From NCBI GenBank assembly GCA_963763845.1, contig CAVXPX010000021.1, positions 183,281 to 247,280 of the forward strand: a DNA stretch of 64,000 bases. The letters are read 5' to 3'. Each line of letters begins with the position of its first letter. The first letter of the stretch is position 1. This document shows positions 17,184 through 27,543 of the stretch, piece after piece. Under the pieces are notes generated by a model. It was not told where the DNA came from and made no database searches. It was given only the letters and a program-made list of their open reading frames with translations. Position numbers and translations under genes: made by a program. The stretch is from an uncultured Acidobacteriota bacterium. Its GTDB lineage: Bacteria; Acidobacteriota; Terriglobia; Terriglobales; Acidobacteriaceae.

Positions 17184-19982
17184 TTATGCTCCCACCGGCT
17201 GCGCCTTCGTCGCCAGCAGCTGCCTTAACACATACTGCAGAATGCCGCCGTTGGCGTAGTACAGCGCTTCCTGCGGCGTATCGATGCGCACCACCGCTTC
17301 AAACTCGATCGAATCTTTCCCCTTCGCGGTCGCCTTCACTTTCACTGTCTTTCCGGCGGCGAAGTGATCCAGAACGTCCCTGATGCCGTTAATCTCAAAC
17401 ACTTCCTCGCCCGACAGATTTAGCGAATCCGCGTTCTGACCAGCGAGGAATTGCAGCGGCAGAATGCCCATGCCCACCAGGTTTGAGCGGTGAATACGCT
17501 CGTAGCTTTCAGCAATCACCGCCCGCACGCCCAGCAGCGCCGGACCTTTCGCCGCCCAATCTCGCGACGATCCCGATCCGTACTCCTTGCCGGCGAGAAT
17601 GACCAGCGGCGTCCCAGCCTCGCGGTATTTCTCGGAAGCATCAAAAATCGACACTTCGGTATTGGTCGGCAGGTGTCGCGTGAATCCGCCTTCAGTCTGC
17701 ACCAGCTTGTTCCGCAGCCGGACATTGGCAAAAGTGCCGCGCACCATCACTTCATGATTGCCGCGCCGCGATCCATAGGAGTTGAAATCCGCCGGCTTCA
17801 CCCCTTGCTCCTGCAGATATCTTCCCGCCGGGCTGTCTTTCTTGATCGAGCCCGCCGGAGAAATATGATCAGTCGTCACGCTATCGCCGAGTACGGCCAG
17901 CACCCGCGCCTTCCTGATCTCTTGCACCGGTGCTGGTTTCACAGCCATGTCGTCGAAGTACGGCGCCTTCCGGATGTAGGTGGAATCTTTCTCCCAGGCA
18001 TAGGTCTCGCCATTCGGCACCGAGAGTCCACGCCAACGCTCGTCTCCCTGAAACACTTCGCTATATAATTTCAAAAACATGTCGGACGAAATCGAATGCT
18101 GAATCGCCTCCTCGACTTCGCGCGAGGTCGGCCAGATGTCCGCGAGATACACCGGCTGTCCGTCTCTGCCCTTGCCGAGGGCTTCTTTGCGCATGTCGAG
18201 GTCGATCCGGCCGGCAAGCGCAAACGCAACCACCAGAGGAGGCGACATCAGATAATTTGCGCGCACTTCGGAATTAATTCGTCCTTCGAAGTTGCGGTTT
18301 CCTGACAACACCGAAGCCACCACGAGTTCTTTCTCGTCTATCGCTTTTGATACTTCTTCGGGCAGCGGTCCGGAGTTGCCGATGCATGTGGTGCAACCGT
18401 ATCCAACCAGATGAAATTTCAACTTCTCGAGATACGGCATCAGTCCGGCCTTCTCAAGATAGTCGCGCACGACCTTCGATCCCGGAGCCAGCGATGTCTT
18501 CACCCAGACAGGAACCGTCAGTCCCTTCTCGACCGCCTTCTTCGCCAGAAGTCCCGCCCCAATCAGCACCGACGGATTCGAAGTGTTGGTGCACGAAGTA
18601 ATCGCGGCAATCACGACGCTGCCGTGATTCAACGAATCTTTGACCGACGCCGGAACGTGTTCGTGTACATTCGAATCTTCCACGCCGATTGCCGCCGGGC
18701 TTCCGCCTTCCTGCTCCCACCGCGCTTTGCCGACAACCGCATTCGCAGGGGGCCCAGTCTCCGCCGCCGCTTTCGGCTTGATCAGCGATGGCAAAGCCTT
18801 GTGAAACGACTCTCCCGCCTGCGACAGAACAACGCGATCCTGCGGACGCTTCGGTCCAGCAAGCGATGGCTCAACCGTTGCGAGATCGAGCGAGAGCAGC
18901 TCGGAGTACTCGGCCTCTGGAGTCTTCTCATCGTGGAACAATCCCTGCTCGCGGCTGTACGCTTCGACCAACGCGATCTGCTCCGCGCTACGTCCAGTGA
19001 GTCGCAGATATTTGAGCGTCTCTTTATCGATCGGAAAAATTCCGCAAGTCGCTCCGTACTCCGGAGACATGTTCGCAATAGTCGCGCGATCCGCTAACGG
19101 CAAATCACGAAGCCCCGGTCCGTAGTACTCCACAAATTTCCCGACAACGCCGTGCTTGCGCAAAATCTCAGTGATGGTCAGAACCAGATCGGTAGCAGTG
19201 GCGCCCTCCCGCAGCCGCCCCGTAAGTTTCACTCCCACCACCAGCGGAATCAGCATCGATACCGGCTGCCCCAGCATCGCCGCCTCTGCCTCAATTCCCC
19301 CCACCCCCCACCCCAAAACCCCCAAACCATTAACCATCGTCGTGTGGCTGTCGGTGCCTACCAGAGTGTCGGGGTACGCGATGCGTTTGCCGGGGGATTC
19401 GTGGACGAAAACTACGCGGGCGAGATATTCGAGGTTGACCTGGTGGACGATGCCCGTGTCGGGAGGGACGATGGCGAGATTGCGGAATCCGGTTTGGCCC
19501 CAGCGGAGGAACGAATAGCGTTCCTTGTTGCGCTGGAATTCGAGGAGAGCATTCATATCCAGCGCGTTCGTGGTGCCGAATTCATCGACCTGGACCGAGT
19601 GATCGATAACCAGTTCGACCGGCTGGAGCGGGTTGATGAGAGCGGCGTCGCCGCCGAGTTGCTTCATCGCGTCGCGCATGGCGGCGAGATCGACGACGCA
19701 AGGCACGCCGGTGAAATCCTGCAGGAGGACGCGGCTGGGCGTGAAGGCAATCTCCTTTTCGGGCCGGGATTTGCTGTTCCAGTTGGCGAGTGCGCGCACT
19801 TCTTCTTTCGTGACGTTGCGGCCGTCTTCAGTGCGCAGCAGGTTTTCGAGCAGGATTCGGAGTGAAAATGGAAGATGCTTCGTGGAGATTCCCTGCTTAT
19901 CGAGCGCGTCGAGCCGGTAGATCTCGTACTCCTTGTTGCCGAGCTTGAGGAATGAGCGGGAGTTGAAACTGTCTACAGACAT
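17184..19982 (-). CDS. acnA: aconitate hydratase A
   Basis: About 930 aa. [36 protein letters not shown] and [10 protein letters not shown] motifs. ATG at 19982. Confidence 0.95.
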   Translation of the reverse strand: MSVDSFNSRSFLKLGNKEYEIYRLDALDKQGISTKHLPFSLRILLENLLRTEDGRNVTKEEVRALANWNSKSRPEKEIAFTPSRVLLQDFTGVPCVVDLAAMRDAMKQLGGDAALINPLQPVELVIDHSVQVDEFGTTNALDMNALLEFQRNKERYSFLRWGQTGFRNLAIVPPDTGIVHQVNLEYLARVVFVHESPGKRIAYPDTLVGTDSHTTMVNGLGVLGWGVGGIEAEAAMLGQPVSMLIPLVVGVKLTGRLREGATATDLVLTITEILRKHGVVGKFVEYYGPGLRDLPLADRATIANMSPEYGATCGIFPIDKETLKYLRLTGRSAEQIALVEAYSREQGLFHDEKTPEAEYSELLSLDLATVEPSLAGPKRPQDRVVLSQAGESFHKALPSLIKPKAAAETGPPANAVVGKARWEQEGGSPAAIGVEDSNVHEHVPASVKDSLNHGSVVIAAITSCTNTSNPSVLIGAGLLAKKAVEKGLTVPVWVKTSLAPGSKVVRDYLEKAGLMPYLEKLKFHLVGYGCTTCIGNSGPLPEEVSKAIDEKELVVASVLSGNRNFEGRINSEVRANYLMSPPLVVAFALAGRIDLDMRKEALGKGRDGQPVYLADIWPTSREVEEAIQHSISSDMFLKLYSEVFQGDERWRGLSVPNGETYAWEKDSTYIRKAPYFDDMAVKPAPVQEIRKARVLAVLGDSVTTDHISPAGSIKKDSPAGRYLQEQGVKPADFNSYGSRRGNHEVMVRGTFANVRLRNKLVQTEGGFTRHLPTNTEVSIFDASEKYREAGTPLVILAGKEYGSGSSRDWAAKGPALLGVRAVIAESYERIHRSNLVGMGILPLQFLAGQNADSLNLSGEEVFEINGIRDVLDHFAAGKTVKVKATAKGKDSIEFEAVVRIDTPQEALYYANGGILQYVLRQLLATKAQPVGA

Positions 19983-20124
19983 GATGGCCTTCCTTGGCAG
20001 GGACGAATGCGCGCACAAAAGTGCACGGCTATTTTTATTGCAAAGTAATAGTGTAATTCTTCGGGTGGAAAATGCGTAGCGGGGTAAGGGCAGTTTCGGG
20101 TTCGACTTGGACCTGAAACCATTC

Positions 20125-20148
20125 TTTTTTCACCACAAAGGCCACTAA
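20125..20148 (+). repeat. REP-B unit, left half (split by IS insertion)
   Basis: ttttttcaccacaaaggccactaa. Continues at 23189..23205 (ggtacacgaaggaaagc). Confidence 0.6.
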
Positions 20149-21669
20149 TCTAACAGCCCGTGGTGCATGTAGCTGATTTTCTACAAAGCGGGCGCCGTAT
20201 CCGGGTGCGCGATCTTGCGGCGCACTTGGCAACCGACCCGGAGATACAGTGGCAACGAAGCCTGTGCTGACTATTCCGGTTCGAGAACAGCAAAAGAACG
20301 CGTACCACGAGCCTGCCCAAGCGATTTCTCAGTTCCCGTGGCGTGCCCGCACCCAGCAACTGGCGCAGGATCAGGCTCAGGTTGAACGCGCCCACATGAA
20401 CCAACTGCCGCTTCAGAATGTTGTCGCGTCCGCGCAGATGGCAGCGTCGCATCCCACCGGTCTCGTAGCAGTGCGCGAAGCTGCGCTCGACCAGCTCGCC
20501 GCGCCGCCTGAGTAAACTCTTGCCGTACTCGCCCCGCACCCGCCGCCGGTTCGCGTACACCGCTTGCTGCTCGGCCGCTTTGCCCGCCCAGTTCCGCCGG
20601 CCCTTTTGTTTCTTCTCCGGAATGTAACTGCGCACCCCGTACGCCTTCATCCGCTTCACCACCGCGCCGCTGTGATAGCCCTTGTCGGTTACCGTCTCCT
20701 CGATCCCGGCCACGTTCACTTTCGGTTGGTCGTCGGGCCGCAACTCCGCTTCGCGTCCGACCTGCTCCGCCACTGCCATCCCGGCTGCGCACAACGTTTC
20801 ATCCAGCGTGGTCGTGTCGCCCTTATCGGCGCTTTGCAGCGTGACCGCCAGCACCGCGCCCGTGTCCAGATCCACCGCATGCTCCGCCTTGTGCGCCAGA
20901 TGCGTGCGCCCATCCTTCATCTTCGCAATCCGCGCGTCCCCATCCGCCGGACTCTTCCACTCCTTATTCGACGTCCGCTTCTTGCGCTTGCGATCCAACC
21001 GTACCAGATCTTCGCGTGTCGGCGTCGCGATCCCTGAGGCCTTCGCCAGCCCGCGCAGAAACTCCTCGTAACTCGCCCCCGTGTCGCGCCGCACAATCGA
21101 GCGCATCGCCGCGTTCGCCTCCAGCGTCGTTGCATCAATCGCGATCCGCTGGCCTTGCAGCAGCCCGCGATCGGCCAGCACCCCCAGCACCCAGGCGAAA
21201 ACTTCACGATGCGTGTCCAGATCGATCAGCCGCCGCGTGCGCGAGATCGTCGAGTGATCCGGCGTGTACTCGTCCAATCCGATGCCCACAAACCGCCGCA
21301 GCGCCAGCGAGTCCGCCAGCCGCCAAGCAATGCCGCGCTCCGCCCCGATGCCCTCGAAATACCCGATCAGCAGCGCCCGAAAGTAAATCCCCGGCGTCAG
21401 CGACGGGCGCCCGTACTTCTCCGCATAAAACTTCGCGCACCGGGTCTCGACAAACTCGTCGAAGCGCTCGGCCTCCAGCAACTCATTCAAACGCTGATAA
21501 AAAGGATGCCCCGGAGCCGACGCCAACTCGGCGTGCGCGATCCAGATGTCCTTTTGCTTCTCCCGCTGCTTGCGCGTCCCCATCGCCATGCGCCGATTCT
21601 ACGAACAAAGTCTGTGGATACCGCAGAAGTTTTTGCTTACGAATCTGGACTTGCACCACGGGCTGCTAG
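20149..21669 (-). mobile_element. IS1182/IS5-superfamily insertion sequence (right terminus disrupted by an IS701-type element)
   Basis: Imperfect terminal IRs ctaacagcccgtggtgcatgt (20150..20170) and acttgcaccacgggctgctag (21649..21669), 19/21 matches. Possible 5-bp duplication actaa (20144..20148 and 23184..23188). Confidence 0.8.
20150..21589 (-). CDS. IS1182/IS5-family DDE transposase
   Basis: 479 aa. N-terminal InsH-like region (FYRALLIGYFEGI..SER, TPDHSTISRTRRLI), then a DDE region (IDATTLEANA ... VTDKGYHS ... ERSFAHCYETGGMRR). Confidence 0.9.
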   Translation of the reverse strand: MAMGTRKQREKQKDIWIAHAELASAPGHPFYQRLNELLEAERFDEFVETRCAKFYAEKYGRPSLTPGIYFRALLIGYFEGIGAERGIAWRLADSLALRRFVGIGLDEYTPDHSTISRTRRLIDLDTHREVFAWVLGVLADRGLLQGQRIAIDATTLEANAAMRSIVRRDTGASYEEFLRGLAKASGIATPTREDLVRLDRKRKKRTSNKEWKSPADGDARIAKMKDGRTHLAHKAEHAVDLDTGAVLAVTLQSADKGDTTTLDETLCAAGMAVAEQVGREAELRPDDQPKVNVAGIEETVTDKGYHSGAVVKRMKAYGVRSYIPEKKQKGRRNWAGKAAEQQAVYANRRRVRGEYGKSLLRRRGELVERSFAHCYETGGMRRCHLRGRDNILKRQLVHVGAFNLSLILRQLLGAGTPRELRNRLGRLVVRVLLLFSNRNSQHRLRCHCISGSVAKCAARSRTRIRRPLCRKSATCTTGC

Positions 21670-23175
21670 TACTACTGTGTTATAAGTGTGGAGCTCCACA
21701 AAAAGGACAACTGGAAAGTTGTCGGAGAAGCGCCCGAGCGAGGGTTTGTCGGAGTGTGGCAATCGAGCAGGGATTATGTCGTTCGAGGCGAACCGGGCGA
21801 TCCCCGAGGGCGGAACTGGGGCGGTATTTGGGGGACGGATAAGTCCACTTGACCGGCGCGAGCAGAGGGAAAAAAACGGCTCCGTTCGGCTACCAGGAAC
21901 CCATAGGCCGCGATACAGAGGGTAGCGTGATGATGAAAACCCCGCCAGCCTCTTCCTTCATAATGGCCCAATCCCAGTTCTTGCTTCAGTTCTTCGTAGT
22001 CCCGCTCGATGATCCAGCGCTGTTTGGCCATGCCAACCAGGTCCTTGAGTTTCGTCTCTGCCGAGAGGGTGGAGAGCCAGTACTTGGTGGGTTCAGCTTC
22101 TTGGTGGGGCCACTCGATCAGCAGCCATTGCTCGGGATAGGGCTTACTGCGTTCAAAATCGCGGTGAGCCGGACGGACGCACACGGCCGCGAAACGCGAG
22201 TGGAGTTGGCTGCGGGTTCCTTCTCGCCAGGATACTTTCTTCCACGCCTGTGGTGGCAAGGCCAGAGCCAGATGCTTTGCGGTGACGGGTGCATGCCTTC
22301 GGCTGCGGCGAAGATATTTTGGCGGTCGTCCCTGGCCTCTCCAAGTCGCGGCGGGCAGCGGTCCCTGACCCGGTTTCCATACCGTCACCGAGGACATGAT
22401 CCCCACCACATAAAGCAACCCTAAGTCCGTGAGCTCTTCGCGAAACTGGGTATCGGTTCCATAAGCCGCGTCGCTCAGCACGACTCCGACCGGGATCTCA
22501 CGCTTCACTGCCGCGCGGATTTGTTCCAGCGCAATCGCCGCTTTAGTCTGAAATCGAATCTCCGCGGGTACTCCCGTCTTCTTCCTGCGTGTCCTGTCCT
22601 TGGCCCACACTTCCGGCAAGTACAGACGCCAGGCAACCGGCAGGCTGGCGCGCTCCGTGCTCACCGACAAACTGACCGCCACGCGACAGTTCTCTTGCTT
22701 CCCCACCTGTCCACAATACTGGCGGGTCACGCCTACCGAGTGGGTTCCTTTCTTCACCAAGCCGGTGTCATCCACGATCCAAGCTATGATCGGGCCTTTC
22801 TTCTCCAACTGTGGCAGAACATAAGCGCGCACTGCCTCCAGCATGTCTTCGTCACTCCAGGCGGCATCGGCCACGATGTGGTGCATGGACTGGTGAGCTT
22901 GGCGCACGTTGTTGGGGTACAAGCGTGCTGCCATCGGTTCGACGCTCTTGCGTTCTCCCGGCAACAACAAACCGCTGCAATAAGACTTCAGGGGAGTGGC
23001 ACGATCGGCATGCTCCGCGGCCAGCGCCAGGCGATCGAGATAGGCCGCGAAGCGTTTCGCTTGGGCGCCCGGCGCCACAGAGTGGGCGCTCATGAGCAGC
23101 AACTTAACACGGAGCGTTGCGTAGAGCTGGGTTTTTCAGCAGGGGCGTATCTAGTTTATAACACAGTAGTACTAG
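21666..23175 (-). mobile_element. IS701-type insertion sequence nested in the terminus of the IS1182-type element
   Basis: Perfect 20-bp terminal IR ctagtactactgtgttataa (21666..21685) / ttataacacagtagtactag (23156..23175). The palindromic ctag could be a 4-bp duplication rather than part of the IR. Confidence 0.85.
21774..23093 (-). CDS. IS701-family DDE transposase
   Basis: AWIVDDTGLVKKGTHSVGVTRQYCGQVGKQENCRVAVSL, VVLSDAAYG and QRWIIERDYEELKQELGLGHYEGRGWRGFHHH are typical of IS701/IS4-like SRSO17 transposases. Confidence 0.9.
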   Translation of the reverse strand: MSAHSVAPGAQAKRFAAYLDRLALAAEHADRATPLKSYCSGLLLPGERKSVEPMAARLYPNNVRQAHQSMHHIVADAAWSDEDMLEAVRAYVLPQLEKKGPIIAWIVDDTGLVKKGTHSVGVTRQYCGQVGKQENCRVAVSLSVSTERASLPVAWRLYLPEVWAKDRTRRKKTGVPAEIRFQTKAAIALEQIRAAVKREIPVGVVLSDAAYGTDTQFREELTDLGLLYVVGIMSSVTVWKPGQGPLPAATWRGQGRPPKYLRRSRRHAPVTAKHLALALPPQAWKKVSWREGTRSQLHSRFAAVCVRPAHRDFERSKPYPEQWLLIEWPHQEAEPTKYWLSTLSAETKLKDLVGMAKQRWIIERDYEELKQELGLGHYEGRGWRGFHHHATLCIAAYGFLVAERSRFFPSARAGQVDLSVPQIPPQFRPRGSPGSPRTT

Positions 23176-23188
23176 CTAGGCTAACTAA

Positions 23189-23205
23189 GGTACACGAAGG
23201 AAAGC
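23189..23205 (+). repeat. REP-B unit, right half (after the nested IS pair)
   Basis: ggtacacgaaggaaagc. See 20125..20148. Confidence 0.6.
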
Positions 23206-23261
23206 AGGGATAATTGCAAGAGCGGGAAACGGACGCGTTCCTGTAGAATCACGGATACACA

Positions 23262-23525
23262 ATGAAAACAACCGCCTTATTCCTTGCGATGTTATTCGGC
23301 TTCGGCAGCCTGACCGCGATTCCCGTTCGCGCTCAGTCGAATTCAAAGCAGACGCAGCGCGATTTGCAGAAGGCCGAGAAGAAGCAGGAGAAAGCCCAGA
23401 AGAAGTATCGGAAGGCGCAGAAGAAGGCCGAAAAGAAGATGCTGAAGACCGAGCGAAAGAACAGCACGCACTACAAGAACTACTCGTACCGTCCTAGTGC
23501 GATCCAGACCAAATCTGGTAAATAA
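23262..23525 (+). CDS. small secreted lysine-rich protein (hypothetical)
   Basis: Clear signal peptide [25 protein letters not shown], then [20 protein letters not shown] repeats. No family recognised. Confidence 0.5.
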   Translation: MKTTALFLAMLFGFGSLTAIPVRAQSNSKQTQRDLQKAEKKQEKAQKKYRKAQKKAEKKMLKTERKNSTHYKNYSYRPSAIQTKSGK

Positions 23526-23715
23526 CGACTCCGAACATAAGGACAAGGTAGAGACGAAGGGCCCAGAAGAGGAACTTCTCCGTAGGCGTCAAGTCGCGCC
23601 GGGGACAGTGATGCTTCTGCTTCGCCGAAATCAGCTGGTCTGGTTCCAGAGAAGCGACGATCGCCGGCAGATTCGCGGGAGATGATCCGGCTGTCGGATG
23701 GGGATCTTCGGTCAT
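23494..23715 (-). CDS. small hypothetical protein with C-terminal TM helix
   Basis: GGAGA lies 5 nt upstream of the ATG. C-terminal [22 protein letters not shown]. The 3' end overlaps the convergent ORF by 32 nt. Weak support. Confidence 0.35.
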   Translation of the reverse strand: MTEDPHPTAGSSPANLPAIVASLEPDQLISAKQKHHCPRRDLTPTEKFLFWALRLYLVLMFGVVIYQIWSGSH

Positions 23716-23752
23716 GAGAGTCTCCGGTTTCTGGTTGCGAGGCGCGCAAACC

Positions 23753-23827
23753 TTTTCACCACAGACAGCACGAAGTTACACGAAGGAAAACATGTGCATG
23801 GGTCCTTCGCTTCGCTCAGGATGACAT
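23753..23827. repeat. composite REP-B + REP-A units (intact)
   Basis: ttttcaccacagacagcacgaagttacacgaaggaaaac, followed by gcatgggtccttcgcttcgctcaggatgacat. Confidence 0.7.
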
Positions 23828-23852
23828 CGGGGTAGTTTCGAGTTTCAGGCAT

Positions 23853-25277
23853 CTATCTTCCTCCTCCGATTAACGCCAGGGCGTGGGGGTAGACGACGCT
23901 GACTCCGAAGAGGATGCCGGCTGCAATCAAAATAAGCACGACGCCGAGGGCGAGAATGTTGGCCCATGTTGGACTCACCAGATCGCCCATAATTTCGCGG
24001 TCGTTGACCAGCATATATAGAAACAGCAATGCGGGCGGCATCGCCAGGACGGCAATTACGTTGACCAGGAGAACGATGTAAACGAGTGGAATGCCCGGAA
24101 TGAGGACCAATCCGGCCGCCGCCGCGGCCTCGAGAATCAGCACTAGATAAAAGGACTTTCCCTGCTGAAAGGGAAGATTCAAGCTGTGCGGGCGATGGGC
24201 GACTTCTCCGAAGGCGTAGGCGGACGAGGTCGAGATCGTGACGGCGGCGACCATCCCCGCTTCAAACATACCCAAGGCAAAAAGAGCGGAGCCCCACTGT
24301 CCGACGAAGGGCTTTAAGGCCTGCGCGAATTCCGCTGCTTCGAAGTTCGACGTTGACATGCCATGCGCGAAGAGCGGCGCTGTGGCCACGATCGTCGCGA
24401 TGGCCGCCAGGGTGGCCAAGGCTGCACCGAGGAGGGTGTCCAGGCGGCCGTAACGAATGTCGTGCGTGGTCAGGCCCTTGTCGGCGATGGCGCTCTGCTG
24501 GAAGAAGAGCATCCAGGGCGTAACCGTTGCTCCGATGTCGGCGAGGAGAATCAGGATGGTTTCCTGATTGATGCCGCCGGGAAGCGGCTTCCATGTGACC
24601 AATGCGGAACCGATAGCGTGCCAATGAGGATGGCTCAGCAGAGCCACCGGTATAAACACGAGGTTAAATACGGCGGCGAAAAGCGTGACGCGCTCCCACG
24701 TCCAATAGCGGTGCGCCATGAGGGCGGCGAAGAGAATGAGCCATGCGGCCAAAACGGAGATGATGGGAGGAATGCCGAAAAATCCCAGTCCGGCCCGAAT
24801 CGCGATGAACTCCGTGACCAGGGTAAGGAAGTTGCCAACCATCAGGTCGATCATGGAGAACCATCCCCAGAACGGCCCGAAGCGGTCGAAGATGAGTTCG
24901 GCATGGCCGCGATGCGTAGCTGCGCCAAGGCGCACCGTCATTTCCTGAACGATGGAGGCCATGACGAAGGTAAGGACGACGAACGGGAGGAAAAAACCCA
25001 GGCCATAGCGGGCACCCGTGGCGGCATACGCAAGCATGCTCGGCCCATCGTTTTCGCCGAGCATAACCAGGATGCCGGGGCCGATCAGGAGCCACAGCAG
25101 GCGGGTGCGAGACCAGAGTCCGCGCTGGGCACGCATCTCCCAGACACGCTCGCGATCGTGAGCGCGGTCGATATCTTCATGAGTGATTTCGACGCCATTA
25201 TCGGCTGTGACCCGTCCGTTGAAGACGTTACGCAGTAATCCGCGGAGCGGTTTCGTTACTGGAGTCGAATCATTCAT
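23853..25277 (-). CDS. mntH: Nramp-family divalent metal (Mn2+/Fe2+) transporter
   Basis: GPGILVMLGENDGPSM (DPG-type motif region), ATVTPWMLFFQQSA, and 11-12 TM helices. Confidence 0.85.
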   Translation of the reverse strand: MNDSTPVTKPLRGLLRNVFNGRVTADNGVEITHEDIDRAHDRERVWEMRAQRGLWSRTRLLWLLIGPGILVMLGENDGPSMLAYAATGARYGLGFFLPFVVLTFVMASIVQEMTVRLGAATHRGHAELIFDRFGPFWGWFSMIDLMVGNFLTLVTEFIAIRAGLGFFGIPPIISVLAAWLILFAALMAHRYWTWERVTLFAAVFNLVFIPVALLSHPHWHAIGSALVTWKPLPGGINQETILILLADIGATVTPWMLFFQQSAIADKGLTTHDIRYGRLDTLLGAALATLAAIATIVATAPLFAHGMSTSNFEAAEFAQALKPFVGQWGSALFALGMFEAGMVAAVTISTSSAYAFGEVAHRPHSLNLPFQQGKSFYLVLILEAAAAAGLVLIPGIPLVYIVLLVNVIAVLAMPPALLFLYMLVNDREIMGDLVSPTWANILALGVVLILIAAGILFGVSVVYPHALALIGGGR

Positions 25278-25342
25278 TCGCTGAAAATCAGGAGCTTTCG
25301 AGGCGACGGATGTTAATAGTTAGCGTAAGTATATAGCATCGA

Positions 25343-25358
25343 GTAAACCATAGTTAAC
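25343..25358. promoter_or_regulatory. candidate DtxR/MntR-type operator upstream of the Nramp gene
   Basis: gtaaaccatagttaac. Its reverse complement gttaactatggtttac matches gttaattatggttaat at 28271..28286 in 13/16 positions. It lies 66-81 nt upstream of the ATG at 25277. Confidence 0.4.
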
Positions 25359-25504
25359 TACTTTTTGAGGGGGTGTGGGGTTGTCGGAGGGTGTCCGACG
25401 GGACAGCTCTGCATGAGCCGTGGATCGACGCCGGCCGACATTGCGCCATTTCGGGCGAAGTGTCGCGCTGCGACTGATTGATAGAGATTCCTGCTGCTCA
25501 GTTC

Positions 25505-26425
25505 TTAGATGTGAATCCAGTTCAGCAGGATCAGCGCGAGGGAGGCGGTACCGACGATGATCCAGAGGGTGAGTCCTTGCAGAAGAGGACGAACGCCAAC
25601 CTTCTTCAAGGTTTCTTTGCTGAGGCCGGTTCCGATCAGAAAAAGGGTGACGGTCAGCCCGATCTTGCCTAAACGACTGAGCGTGGAAAAAGCCGGATTG
25701 AACGCGGGAAGAATTGTGTTCAAGAGAGCCGCGAGACAGAAGAACAGGATGAACCATGGCCACTGGATGCGGGCTTTGCTCTTGAGAGTGGCAGCAGTGA
25801 CGAGAGATAAGGGAACGATCCATAGGGCGCGGGCGAGCTTCACGGTGGTGCCAATGGCGAGCGCGACCGCTCCGTACTTTGCGGTTGCTCCAACGACGGA
25901 ACTGGTGTCGTGAATCGCTAGGGCAGACCAGAGTCCGAACTGCGACTGGCTCATGTGGAGGGCAAGACCGATGACGGGGAAAAGAAACAGGGCGACGGAG
26001 TTGAGGATGAAGACGGCACCGAGGGAGACGGCCATTTCTTCCTCGCTGGCTTCTGCGATGGGTCCGACAGCGGCGATGGCGCTACCGCCGCAGATGGCGG
26101 TTCCGGCAGCGATCAGGAATGAGGACTTTTTGCCGACGCGGAGGAGATAGCCGAACGAGATCCCCAGGAGCATAACGAGAGTAATGCTCACGGCGGTATA
26201 CAGGAAGCCGGAGCGTCCGGCGTGCACGACCTGATGAAGGTTCATCCCAAAACCCAGTCCGACGACTGAGGCTTGCAAGAGGAACTTCGACAGTTGCTTG
26301 CTCTCGACGTGATACGGGTGGGCGAGTGCGAGGCCGTAAACGAGGCCGCCCAGAAGGGCGAATGGCGGAGAGATCACGCCGCTGGCCGCAAGGATTAACC
26401 CCAGAAAGAAGACTTTCTTGTGCAT
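25505..26425 (-). CDS. yeiH: YeiH/UPF0324-family membrane protein (putative sulfate exporter family)
   Basis: Polytopic. GTAICGGSAIAA and AIHDTSSVVGA motifs are typical of PF03601. ATG at 26425. Confidence 0.75.
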   Translation of the reverse strand: MHKKVFFLGLILAASGVISPPFALLGGLVYGLALAHPYHVESKQLSKFLLQASVVGLGFGMNLHQVVHAGRSGFLYTAVSITLVMLLGISFGYLLRVGKKSSFLIAAGTAICGGSAIAAVGPIAEASEEEMAVSLGAVFILNSVALFLFPVIGLALHMSQSQFGLWSALAIHDTSSVVGATAKYGAVALAIGTTVKLARALWIVPLSLVTAATLKSKARIQWPWFILFFCLAALLNTILPAFNPAFSTLSRLGKIGLTVTLFLIGTGLSKETLKKVGVRPLLQGLTLWIIVGTASLALILLNWIHI

Positions 26426-26480
26426 CTGGAAAGTGTGATGTGAAGCGAAAGGCTCGTCCAAGCAGGAATTTCAATTGGCG

Positions 26481-26495
26481 ATAAGTTTCGCTTAT
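26481..26495. promoter_or_regulatory. LysR-type T-N11-A box upstream of the yeiH-like gene
   Basis: ataagtttcgcttat: 5-bp perfect dyad ATAAG-N5-CTTAT, 56 nt upstream of the ATG at 26425 and downstream of the LysR gene. Confidence 0.35.
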
Positions 26496-26581
26496 GGGCT
26501 ACGTACCGAGTGCAGAGACACAGTCAAATCCCCCCTAACTCGCAAAGGCGGCGAGTTTAGCGATGCAGCACCCATCGTTCC

Positions 26582-27508
26582 CTACTGATCTGGACGGTGG
26601 GGCTTGCTGGAAAGGAGCTTTCCCCGGACGAGGGCAAAATGGCGGAACGCCTCGGGCAGGCCGGTGAGTTCGGGGCCGGTGCGGGTCACCAACGAGAAAT
26701 GGCGGGCGATGGTGATGCCGCGGATCGAGGCGACCTTCAGAACACCCAGTTCGAGTTCCTTCAAGACTGCCCAGCGGGAGACGAAGCCGATGCCGAGTCC
26801 GGCTTCGACGGCCGATTTGATGGATTCGGTGGAGTCCAGGTTCATCACGCTCTTGAATAATTTGAATTTGAATCCGGCTTTTGCGAGCGCGGATTCGACT
26901 ACGCGGCGCGACCCGGAGCCCTGCTCGCGCATGAGCAGGTTGGAATCCAGAAACTGCTGGTGGGAGAGATGGGTGAACTCGGAGTTCGCGGGCGTGATGG
27001 GAATGAGCTCGTCGCGCATGAAAGGTTCGGTTCGGATGCCTCCACGGCGGGCGGGGCCTTCGATGAGTCCGATAGAAACTTTGTCGTTGAGAAGCGAATG
27101 CACGACTTGCTCGGTATTCCCGCTCTGCAGTGAGAGCTGGACGCGGGGATGTTCGTCGAGAAAGGCGCCGATCAGGCGGGGAAGGACGTATTGAGCAATC
27201 GTCGTGGAAACGCCAAGGGAGAGTTCGCCAGAGAATTGCCCGTCGGGCGAGCCGAGATTTTGTTCCGCTTCGGCTGCGAGCTTGGCCATCCTGTCGGCGT
27301 AGCGAAGAAGGATCTCACCCTGCGATGTGAGCGCGACGCGGTTGGCAGCGCGGTCGAAGAGGCGGACGCCGAGATCGTTTTCGAGGGCCTTGATTTGGAG
27401 CGTGACAGCGGGTTGAGTGAGGAACAGGTGCTCGGCCGCTTTGCGGAAGTTCAGATGTTCGGCGACCGCGCGAAACACCTTGAGGCGGAAATTTTCCAGT
27501 TGTGCCAC
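26582..27508 (-). CDS. LysR-family transcriptional regulator (YeiE/CbbR-like)
   Basis: LENFRLKVFRAVAEHLNFRKAAEHLFLTQPAVTLQIKALENDLG. GTG at 27508 is the likely start; the ORF extends to a TTG at 27538. Confidence 0.85.
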   Translation of the reverse strand: MAQLENFRLKVFRAVAEHLNFRKAAEHLFLTQPAVTLQIKALENDLGVRLFDRAANRVALTSQGEILLRYADRMAKLAAEAEQNLGSPDGQFSGELSLGVSTTIAQYVLPRLIGAFLDEHPRVQLSLQSGNTEQVVHSLLNDKVSIGLIEGPARRGGIRTEPFMRDELIPITPANSEFTHLSHQQFLDSNLLMREQGSGSRRVVESALAKAGFKFKLFKSVMNLDSTESIKSAVEAGLGIGFVSRWAVLKELELGVLKVASIRGITIARHFSLVTRTGPELTGLPEAFRHFALVRGKLLSSKPHRPDQ

Positions 27509-27543
27509 GGAGAAGATTATCTCTCGTCGGGCGTGCAAAAATC

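Noticed and set aside
24363-25238. 291-aa ORF on the + strand
   Set aside because: It is antisense to the Nramp transporter gene. Its composition is Gly/Asp/Glu/Arg-rich, and it has no start context or motif.
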